From the NCBI RefSeq assembly GCF_029504745.1, contig NZ_JAQFIQ010000003.1, forward strand, positions 30,001 through 62,000: DNA of 32,000 nt, written 5' to 3'. This document shows positions 25,251 through 32,000 of the stretch, piece after piece. The DNA is from Breznakia sp. PF5-3 (GTDB lineage Bacteria > Bacillota_I > Bacilli_A > Erysipelotrichales > Erysipelotrichaceae). How positions within the stretch are numbered: the first letter of the stretch is position 1; every line of letters starts with the position of its first letter. The position numbers were made by a program, and so were the translations under genes. The notes under the pieces are model-generated. The model was not told the origin of the DNA, did no database searches, and saw only the letters and a list, made by a program, of their open reading frames with translations.

Positions 25251-26243
25251 CTATTCTGCCTTTAATTCTCTTAGCATAAGATCTTTTGCACTTGTTTTTG
25301 GTTCTTTGCCTTCATAAAGAATTTTATAAGTTTCGTTGATGATTGGCATATCGATATTATTTTTTGTGGCAATTTCATGAACGACCTTTGCAGTACGAAC
25401 TCCTTCTACAGTATTTTTATTTTTATCCCAAAAGATATCAGCGCTATTTTCTTTACCTACTTCATAACCTGCTTGGAAATTACGAGAATGAGGACTAGTA
25501 CAAGTTACAATTAGATCCCCTATTCCAGTTAATCCCATGAATGTTTCTCTTTTACCACCCATGAACATTCCAAAACGTATCATTTCATTTAATCCACGGG
25601 TAATTAAGGCAGCTCTAGTGTTATCTCCATATCCAATTCCAGATAATACACCACTTGCAACGGCAATTGCATTTTTTAAGGCAACTCCAACTTCACTACC
25701 AATTTCATCACTTCCTGTATATATACGAAAATATTCATTTGAAAATTCTCGTTGTACAATTTTTGCATCTTCCTCATTTAAAGAAACAGCACTAACTGTA
25801 GTTAAAATTCTTTGAACAACTTCTTCTGCATGTGATGGTCCGATTAAAGATACAACACTGCTTAATTTACTTTCAGGAATTGTTTCCCTAATGACTTCAG
25901 ACATTCTTTTATTTGTTTTAGGATGAAATCCTTTTGATGTGTTTACAATAATTGTTTTCTTTTTCAAGTATGGTGTGATGCGTTTACAAACATCTTCGAT
26001 TGCAATCGTTGGAACACTTAAAACAACAATATCGCTACCCTTAACAATTTCAATATCTGTTGAAGCTTTTATATTTGGATTTAAGGTAACACCCTTAAAA
26101 AAGAAACTATTTTGATGATGTTCATTAATGTCAATAATTTGACTTTCTTCAATCCCCCATATGGTAACATCTATACCATTATCAGCTAAGACTTGAGCAA
26201 TCCCAGTTCCCCAGCTTCCACTTCCAATAATTGATACTTTCAT
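25251..26243 (-). CDS. gpsA: NAD(P)H-dependent glycerol-3-phosphate dehydrogenase
   Basis: MKVSIIGSGSWGT, SKG, LKNAIAVASG and SRN.QAG. Start is ATG 26243-26241 behind the RBS aggaggg. The track start at 26315 overlaps der. Confidence 0.93.
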   Translation of the reverse strand: MKVSIIGSGSWGTGIAQVLADNGIDVTIWGIEESQIIDINEHHQNSFFFKGVTLNPNIKASTDIEIVKGSDIVVLSVPTIAIEDVCKRITPYLKKKTIIVNTSKGFHPKTNKRMSEVIRETIPESKLSSVVSLIGPSHAEEVVQRILTTVSAVSLNEEDAKIVQREFSNEYFRIYTGSDEIGSEVGVALKNAIAVASGVLSGIGYGDNTRAALITRGLNEMIRFGMFMGGKRETFMGLTGIGDLIVTCTSPHSRNFQAGYEVGKENSADIFWDKNKNTVEGVRTAKVVHEIATKNNIDMPIINETYKILYEGKEPKTSAKDLMLRELKAE

Positions 26244-26253
26244 ACTTTCCCTC

Positions 26254-27564
26254 CTAACGCTCTCTAGCACGAGCGATAATACGTATTGTAGTTCCTGTAA
26301 AGTTAAATGTTTCACGTAAACGGTTTTCTAAAAAACGTCGATATGAAAAATGTAGCAAATCAGGATTATTCACAAATAGTACAAATGTTGGCGGACCAAC
26401 ATTTACTTGTGAAGCATAATATATTTTCAACCTCAACCCTTTATGAGTAGGAGGCGGAGTAATCAGTTGTGCATCTAAAATAACCTCATTGATTACATTA
26501 GTAGGAATACGTAATAACGAATTTTCATGAACTTCATCAATTAATGGCAATAAGGTTTGGATACGTTGGTTGTTGAGTGCGGACACAAAAGCAATTGGTG
26601 CATATGATAAGTATTGAAATTCTGTGTAAATTTCTTTTTCAATCTTATTCATAGTAGTTTCATCTTTATTTACTGTATCCCACTTATTGTAAACAAGGAT
26701 AACACCTTTTCCAGCTTCATGAGCAAAACCTGCAACATGTTTATCTTGTTCACGAATGCCTGCTTCCCCATCAAGAACAACCAAAACTACATCACTTCTT
26801 TCGATAGCACTCATAGCACGCAAAATAGAATATTTTTCAATATTCTCATATATTTTTCCGCGTTTTCGAATTCCAGCAGTATCTATGACAACGTAATTTT
26901 TATTGTTTTGCTTAAAAGGTGTATCAACAGCATCTCTTGTGGTTCCTTCAATGTTTGATACAATTACACGATCTTGTTGCAAAATTGCATTTACAAGACT
27001 TGATTTACCAACATTTGGTCTACCAATAACACAAAAGCTAGTCATGTTTTCATATTCTTTATGTTTAACTGATTTAAAAGAATCCATAATAGCATCTAAA
27101 ATATCACCAATTCCAATCCCATGTACACCACTTACAGCAATAGGATCTCCTATTCCTAAATTATAAAATTCGTAAACATTAGCTTGTAATTGAGTATCAT
27201 CGATTTTATTAACAGCTAAGATGATTGGTTTTTGTGTTTTTCGCAAAAGACTGGCAATGTATTCGTCATCTTTTGTAACTCCATCAATTCCGCTAACTAC
27301 AAAAATGATAGAGTCAGCTTCTTCTAAGGCAATCTCTACCTGCATTTGTATTTCTTCTTTAAATGGTTGATTTTCTAATTGAATACCCCCAGTATCGATG
27401 ATTCTAAATTCTTTTGTAAGCCATTCAGCTTTTCCATAGATACGATCTCTAGTTACTCCAGGAGTATCTTCTACAATTGATTTTCTCTCACCAATAATTC
27501 GATTAAAAACGGTTGATTTACCAACGTTTGGGCGTCCAACAATAGCTGTTATTCCACTAATCAT
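26254..27564 (-). CDS. der: Ribosome biogenesis GTPase Der (EngA)
   Basis: Two tandem G domains (GRPNVGKS twice, DTGG/DTAG, NKID/NKWD) and a KH-like C-terminus. Confidence 0.95.
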   Translation of the reverse strand: MISGITAIVGRPNVGKSTVFNRIIGERKSIVEDTPGVTRDRIYGKAEWLTKEFRIIDTGGIQLENQPFKEEIQMQVEIALEEADSIIFVVSGIDGVTKDDEYIASLLRKTQKPIILAVNKIDDTQLQANVYEFYNLGIGDPIAVSGVHGIGIGDILDAIMDSFKSVKHKEYENMTSFCVIGRPNVGKSSLVNAILQQDRVIVSNIEGTTRDAVDTPFKQNNKNYVVIDTAGIRKRGKIYENIEKYSILRAMSAIERSDVVLVVLDGEAGIREQDKHVAGFAHEAGKGVILVYNKWDTVNKDETTMNKIEKEIYTEFQYLSYAPIAFVSALNNQRIQTLLPLIDEVHENSLLRIPTNVINEVILDAQLITPPPTHKGLRLKIYYASQVNVGPPTFVLFVNNPDLLHFSYRRFLENRLRETFNFTGTTIRIIARARER

Positions 27565-27571
27565 ATAGTTT

Positions 27572-28231
27572 TCATTCCTTTTCTTTTTTCTTAATCACTT
27601 CTAAAATTTTATCTAGAACTTGTTGAATTGATAATGTTGAAGTATCAATTTCAACAGCATCATCAGCTTTTTTTAAAGGTGATATCTTCCGGTTTATATC
27701 TTGAAAATCACGTTTCTCTATATCTTTATAAATATCTTCATAATCCACATCAATGTTTTGATTTTCATATTCTTGATAACGTCTTTTTGCACGAGCTTCA
27801 ACAGAAGCAACAAGAAATATTTTAATATCCGCATCCGGCAATACAACGGTACCAATATCACGACCATCAAGAACAAAACCTTTTGATTGTGCAATGTTTT
27901 GTTGAATATGCACGAGTTTTTCACGAACGAATGGAAGTTGAGCAATACTGCTTGTGCGCATACTAATTTCATTCGTTCGTATTTTATCATTTACATCAAT
28001 TTCATTTAAAAGAATATGGCCCTCATTAGAAAAAGAAATCGTAATTTCATTCATCATATCTTCCAATCTTTTTGTGTCATTCAAATCAATTCCATAATAT
28101 AAACTAGCATAGGCACAACAACGATACATTGCTCCTGTATCTAAATGTACATATTTTAATTTCTTTGCTAATAACTTTGCAATGGTACTTTTCCCCGCGG
28201 CACTAGGCCCATCAATAGCAATGTTAATCAT
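27572..28231 (-). CDS. cmk: Cytidylate kinase
   Basis: [28 protein letters not shown] and RRY.E. The ATG overlaps the upstream stop (TAATG). Confidence 0.93.
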   Translation of the reverse strand: MINIAIDGPSAAGKSTIAKLLAKKLKYVHLDTGAMYRCCAYASLYYGIDLNDTKRLEDMMNEITISFSNEGHILLNEIDVNDKIRTNEISMRTSSIAQLPFVREKLVHIQQNIAQSKGFVLDGRDIGTVVLPDADIKIFLVASVEARAKRRYQEYENQNIDVDYEDIYKDIEKRDFQDINRKISPLKKADDAVEIDTSTLSIQQVLDKILEVIKKKEKE

Positions 28232-29148
28232 TAAATGATTCCTCCACTAATTAGCCAATAAACAACGATTCCAATAACTGCAAGCAACATGAAAATCAAC
28301 ACACTGATAATAATATTTAATAAACGATTATTTTTTCCTACACCATCATTAAGAGAAGTTAATTCTTCTTCATATTCATCTAATTGTGTTCTCAGTTTTA
28401 AAGTTTCTTCAAATAGTTGCTCATTGGATAGCGAAGCAGATGTTGAATCATTAACATCCATTTCTTCAAAATTATCATTTTCAAGCGCTTGTTGTTCAGC
28501 AACAAGTGTATCATTTACTGATTGGATAGGAGTCGTGTCCTTTACTTCGTCTATTACATTTATATCAGATGTTTCATCTTTTTCTACTTCAATAGGCTTT
28601 TCTTGTAACAGGTTTTCTTGTGCCAATAGTTCTTGCACTTGTTTTGCAATTTCACGCGTTGTTGCCATAGCATCTTCATGATTGTTTTCATCATGATAAA
28701 TTGGTTTATCTTCAACTATGATTTCTTCTACTTGCTTATGTTCTGGTTCGATAAGAACATCTTTTTCTATATCTGTTGGTAGTACATCCTTTTCAGCTTC
28801 AACTTTTTCCATATATGAAGCCCGCTTTTCTCTTTGTTTTGCAGAGAGTTGCTGTAATATATCTAAGCGAGTATCTTCATTTTCACGAACTCCTTTTTTC
28901 ATATTATATTCACGGACTTCTTGGATGAAACTATCCAAGTATTCGTTTTTAAATTCACCTGTTTCTTCAACAAGATGACTACTCTTAGTTTCTCTTTTGT
29001 GTGACGGAGAATATGTTTCCTCCATTTGATTTGAAGATTTTCTTTCCAACCCTTCAAGTGCTTGTTGCACAATTTCTTGATCATCATTTTTTTGATCAAT
29101 TGAATTTCTTAAATCCTCATATTTTTTAACTCTAGAATTTTCACCCAT
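28231..29148 (-). CDS. Hypothetical acidic (Glu/Asp/Gln-rich) protein with a single C-terminal transmembrane helix
   Basis: Start is ATG 29148-29146 behind the RBS ggaggt. The body is low-complexity and acidic. The C-terminal hydrophobic segment LLNIIISVLIFMLLAVIGIVVYWLI is followed by only 5 residues. I recognise no family. Confidence 0.6.
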   Translation of the reverse strand: MGENSRVKKYEDLRNSIDQKNDDQEIVQQALEGLERKSSNQMEETYSPSHKRETKSSHLVEETGEFKNEYLDSFIQEVREYNMKKGVRENEDTRLDILQQLSAKQREKRASYMEKVEAEKDVLPTDIEKDVLIEPEHKQVEEIIVEDKPIYHDENNHEDAMATTREIAKQVQELLAQENLLQEKPIEVEKDETSDINVIDEVKDTTPIQSVNDTLVAEQQALENDNFEEMDVNDSTSASLSNEQLFEETLKLRTQLDEYEEELTSLNDGVGKNNRLLNIIISVLIFMLLAVIGIVVYWLISGGII

Positions 29149-29169
29149 ATCGAAACCTCCATCTTTAAC

Positions 29170-29178
29170 ATTATACCA
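29170..29178 (-). promoter_or_regulatory. Extended -10 promoter (TGgTATAAT on the minus strand) for the acidic-protein/cmk/der operon
   Basis: The reverse complement of attatacca is TGGTATAAT. It lies between the efp terminator and the RBS. Confidence 0.45.
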
Positions 29179-29204
29179 AAATCTATATGAAAAACCTACT
29201 AAAT

Positions 29205-29238
29205 AAGAAAAAAACACTCTAGAAATAAGAGTGTTTTC
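29205..29238 (-). terminator. Rho-independent terminator after efp
   Basis: Perfect 10-bp stem aaaacactct (29211-29220) / agagtgtttt (29228-29237) with a 7-nt loop and a T-tract on the minus strand. Confidence 0.75.
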
Positions 29239-29241
29239 TAA

Positions 29242-29799
29242 TTAAGCTCTTCCTGCGTATTTTCCATCCGATGTAGAAACTAAAATAACTTCATCTTGTC
29301 CAATAAATAATGGAACACGAACAGTATATCCAGTTTCTAAGACAGCATTTTTTTGTGCATTTGTTGCTGTGTCACCTTTTACTGCAGGCTCGCTTTCAAC
29401 AATTTGTAATGCCACTTTGTCTGGTAATAATAAACCTAAGATTTCTCCTTCAAACATGGTTAAGGTAACATTGTCATTTTCTTTTAGAAAATTCATTTCC
29501 CATTCAATATTTGTTTTAGGAACTTCCACTTGTTCATAAGTTGATGTATCCATAAACATCAATGCTTCTCCTGCATCATATAAATATTGCATTTCTTTTT
29601 TATCAATATGAGCTGGTTGAATTTTATCTCCACTTCCAAAGCTCAATTCAACATTTGATCCAGTACGTAAGTTTCTTACTTTTGCTTTGATTGTAGTTGC
29701 ACTACGTGCTGTTTTATTATGAGAATAATCTAAAACAACATAAATATTTCCTTCATGTTGAATTGTTACCCCTGGTTTTAGTTCGTTAGATTGTAACAT
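29242..29799 (-). CDS. efp: Elongation factor P
   Basis: 185 aa with SNELKPGVTIQHEGNIYVVLDYSHNKTARSATTIKAKVRNLRTG and ETGYTVRVPLFI. Confidence 0.95.
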   Translation of the reverse strand: MLQSNELKPGVTIQHEGNIYVVLDYSHNKTARSATTIKAKVRNLRTGSNVELSFGSGDKIQPAHIDKKEMQYLYDAGEALMFMDTSTYEQVEVPKTNIEWEMNFLKENDNVTLTMFEGEILGLLLPDKVALQIVESEPAVKGDTATNAQKNAVLETGYTVRVPLFIGQDEVILVSTSDGKYAGRA

Positions 29800-29823
29800 A
29801 AGTATCTCCTTTTTTTCTCTTTA

Positions 29824-29851
29824 ATTGTAATAAAAATGTATAAATTGTCAA
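29824..29851 (-). promoter_or_regulatory. Promoter TTGACA-16-TACAAT for efp (minus strand)
   Basis: Read on the minus strand, TTGACA is at 29851-29846, the spacer is 16 nt, and TACAAT is at 29829-29824. Confidence 0.55.
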
Positions 29852-29861
29852 TATTTGATGC

Positions 29862-31268
29862 TTATCGACGTTTTTTAAGTTTTGATTTGAACTTCTTTTT
29901 TCCACCCATTTGCGGTTGCATCGCATTAGGATTAGCAAGTGCATTCATATCTGGCATAGAGCCATTTTGTTGCATTCTAGCCATTTGCACCATCATCTGT
30001 TTTGTTTTTTCAAATTGTGATAGCAATCGGTTTACATCACTTATTTGTGTTCCACTTCCCATAGCAATACGTTTTTTTCGACTTGAACGAATCACATCTG
30101 GATGTTCTCTTTCATAAGCTGTCATACTTTGTAACATCGCTTTAGATGATTTTAATTTATTATCTGTTTTCAACTCATCCATATTTCCTGCCATTTGACC
30201 CATTCCAGGAATCAATTTCATAATTTTTGATATTGAGCCCATTTTGTTAACTTGTTCTAATTGAACAAGCATATCATTTAAATCAAATTTTCCATCCATC
30301 ATTCGTTGAGCACTTTTTTCAGCTGCATCTTTATCCATTTTGGCCTCAGCTTGCTCAATCAATGTCATAAGGTCACCCATACCTAGAATACGTTCAGCCA
30401 TACGATCAGGATAGAAAATATCTAAATCATCAATTTTCTCTCCTAAACCAACAAATTTTACTGGAACATTAGTAATAGCACGAACAGATAGGATTCCCCC
30501 ACCACGAGCATCACCATCAAGCTTTGTAAGAACCAATCCAGTAACATCAAGGCGCTCATGAAAAGATTGTGCAACATTTACAATATCTTGCCCTGTCATG
30601 GCATCAACCGTTAATAAGATATCATCAGGTTTTACTACTTTCTTAATATCTTCTAATTCTTGCATTAATTGCTCATCGATATGTAAACGACCTGCTGTAT
30701 CAAACAATACAGTGTCATATGCATGATCTTTTGCGTACTGTAAAGCGTTTTTAGCAGTTGTAAGGGCATCGACTTCAATACCTTCGCTATAAACTTCTAC
30801 ATTAATTTCTTTTCCTAATGTTTGTAATTGTTCAATGGCAGCAGGACGAACAACATCACATGCAGCAAGTAAGATTTTTCGATTTTTCTTCTTTACTAAA
30901 ACATTTGATATTTTAGCAGATGCTGTTGTTTTCCCAGTCCCTTGAAGCCCTACCATCATGATTGTTGTGATTCCCTCTTCTTTAAAATTTAAAGGACTCT
31001 CACTTTCACCTAATAAAGAAACAAGTTCATCGCGTACAACTTTTACAACCATCTGTGATGGGTCTAATGAATCCATCACTTCTGTTCCAAGAGCTTTTTC
31101 TTTGATATTAGCAATGAAATCTTTAACGACTTTATAATTAACATCAGCTTCCAAAAGTGACATTCGCACTTCTTTCAGCATATCATCCATATTTTTTTCT
31201 GATAATTTTCCTTTACCAGTAATATTTTTAAACGCTTTATTTAAACGGTTTGTTAATGAATCAAACAT
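29862..31268 (-). CDS. ffh: Signal recognition particle protein Ffh
   Basis: N-domain, G-domain (GLQGTGKTT, DTAGR, TKLDGD), a Met-rich M-domain and a basic tail. RBS is agaggtgg. Confidence 0.95.
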   Translation of the reverse strand: MFDSLTNRLNKAFKNITGKGKLSEKNMDDMLKEVRMSLLEADVNYKVVKDFIANIKEKALGTEVMDSLDPSQMVVKVVRDELVSLLGESESPLNFKEEGITTIMMVGLQGTGKTTASAKISNVLVKKKNRKILLAACDVVRPAAIEQLQTLGKEINVEVYSEGIEVDALTTAKNALQYAKDHAYDTVLFDTAGRLHIDEQLMQELEDIKKVVKPDDILLTVDAMTGQDIVNVAQSFHERLDVTGLVLTKLDGDARGGGILSVRAITNVPVKFVGLGEKIDDLDIFYPDRMAERILGMGDLMTLIEQAEAKMDKDAAEKSAQRMMDGKFDLNDMLVQLEQVNKMGSISKIMKLIPGMGQMAGNMDELKTDNKLKSSKAMLQSMTAYEREHPDVIRSSRKKRIAMGSGTQISDVNRLLSQFEKTKQMMVQMARMQQNGSMPDMNALANPNAMQPQMGGKKKFKSKLKKRR

Positions 31269-31304
31269 ATATATCCACCTCTCTCAAAGTAAAACTGCAT
31301 TAGC

Positions 31305-31313
31305 ATTATATCA
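31305..31313 (-). promoter_or_regulatory. Extended -10 promoter (TGaTATAAT on the minus strand) for ffh
   Basis: The reverse complement of attatatca is TGATATAAT, about 37 nt upstream of the ffh ATG. Confidence 0.45.
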
Positions 31314-31346
31314 AAAATATAAGAAAAATAATATCGTTTTTATGAT

Positions 31347-32000
31347 TTATCCTTGATAAGTATATAAAATAAAATGTATTGTGACATCAAAATTATTCAC
31401 CATGATAAGATTTTCTTTTGCACTTTTCGCTGTTTTAAAACTATATGGTGTCATTTCATACAAATTTAACAGCTCTTTATTTGTTAAAGAAAGTGTGTAT
31501 TTTATCTCTTTTGTATCTAAGACTGTAAATTCATTTAATTGTTTTTCTTCGTTTTTATATGCCTTTTCATATAATAAATCTTTTAACTCCCATAAGTGAT
31601 CACTACCTGGATCAACTTTGATAAGAATTCCCTCTTTTTTTAAAATTCGTTTGAATTCGTTTGTCGCACTAGGTGCAAAGATATTCAAAATCACATCAAC
31701 AGAATGATCATGAATTGGTAATTGAAAAATACTAGCTAAAAAATAATGAACTATATTGGTGCGTTTTGCTGCATAACGTAAAGCATTTTTACTCATATCA
31801 AAAGCATATAATTCACTGTTCAAATGTTCAGCAATGGTATTGGTATAATACCCTTCTCCACACCCAGCATCCACTATTATCTGAGGTTGTTTTTCTTTTA
31901 GCAACTCAATAAGTGCATCTTGTAAAGGTTTATAATGATTGCATTCTAAAAAGGCACGACGTGCCTCTACCATACTTTTGCAATCACCACTGTGTTTGGA
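31347..32000 (-). CDS. rlmA: 23S rRNA (guanine-N1)-methyltransferase RlmA/RrmA family; 5' end lies outside the window
   Basis: The frame stays open to base 32000 (..SKHSGDCKSMVEARRAFLE..). The SAM motif VDAGCGEGYYT, IFAP and MTPY are collinear with E. coli RlmA(I). The N-terminal Zn-finger part is beyond the window edge. Confidence 0.85.
   Translation of the reverse strand, partial: SKHSGDCKSMVEARRAFLECNHYKPLQDALIELLKEKQPQIIVDAGCGEGYYTNTIAEHLNSELYAFDMSKNALRYAAKRTNIVHYFLASIFQLPIHDHSVDVILNIFAPSATNEFKRILKKEGILIKVDPGSDHLWELKDLLYEKAYKNEEKQLNEFTVLDTKEIKYTLSLTNKELLNLYEMTPYSFKTAKSAKENLIMVNNFDVTIHFILYTYQG

Noticed and set aside
26614-27166. Plus-strand ORFs of 114 aa and 87 aa inside der, and similar short ORFs at 27628..27990 inside cmk
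   Set aside because: These are antisense or alternative-frame artefacts of AT-rich coding DNA. The der and cmk frames carry complete, conserved motifs.
28289-28978. Two plus-strand ORFs (130 aa and 86 aa), Ser/Cys/Phe-rich, overlapping the acidic protein gene
   Set aside because: They are the antisense reading of a GAA/GAT-rich gene, so an open mirror frame is expected. They have no RBS, low-complexity composition and no recognisable motif.
29836-30117. 93-aa plus-strand ORF overlapping the 3' end of ffh
   Set aside because: It is antisense to the Met-rich M-domain of Ffh, its hydrophobic composition is an artefact, and its start lies inside the efp promoter region.
1-32000. CRISPR arrays, tRNA/rRNA genes, IS elements, long direct or inverted repeats, recognisable defence or toxin-antitoxin cassettes
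   Set aside because: Reading the intergenic regions by eye found no spaced direct repeats, cloverleaf-type GC-rich segments, transposase-like ORFs or classic small two-gene TA pairs. All intergenic gaps over 60 nt are explained by promoters, terminators, the T-box, the 6S candidate or dif. A computational repeat search would be needed to exclude subtle repeats.

Overview
AT-rich, low-GC Firmicutes-type chromosomal core region. Gene order is close to Bacillus subtilis (secDF-recJ-apt-rel-hisS-aspS-6S RNA; asp23-nusB-xseAB-ispA-dxs-tlyA-recN; cmk-der-gpsA...hup), but with lineage-specific losses that suggest a reduced Erysipelotrichia- or Mollicutes-like lineage. I call 31 CDS, two of them cut by the window edges. 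All are intact, and most are housekeeping genes with strong motif support. Many ORF-track starts are too long, so I re-set them to the ATG preceded by a GGAG-type RBS. Non-coding calls are a His T-box leader before hisS, a probable 6S RNA after aspS, several rho-independent terminators, and many TGnTATAAT extended -10 promoters. I saw no CRISPR array, tRNA, rRNA, transposase or recognisable defence island, so this is mostly an ordinary core region. Four things deserve a second look. (1) A 454-aa protein at 12160..13524 has a diverged RelA/SpoT (alarmone-synthetase fold) N-terminal domain and about 270 aa of uncharacterised C-terminus. It sits at the junction of two conserved gene blocks, and a canonical long Rel is also in the window. 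(2) A 28-bp dif site (24034..24061) lies exactly at the point where gene orientation switches from + to -, about 1 kb from xerD, so the window probably spans the replication terminus. (3) An orphan Zn-finger/HTH/DUF2087-type gene lies between xerD and dif, and a partial dif-like repeat sits on its far side. (4) The 6S RNA candidate is an orphan promoter, a structured RNA and a terminator with no credible ORF. All functional calls come from reading motifs by eye, not from database searches.
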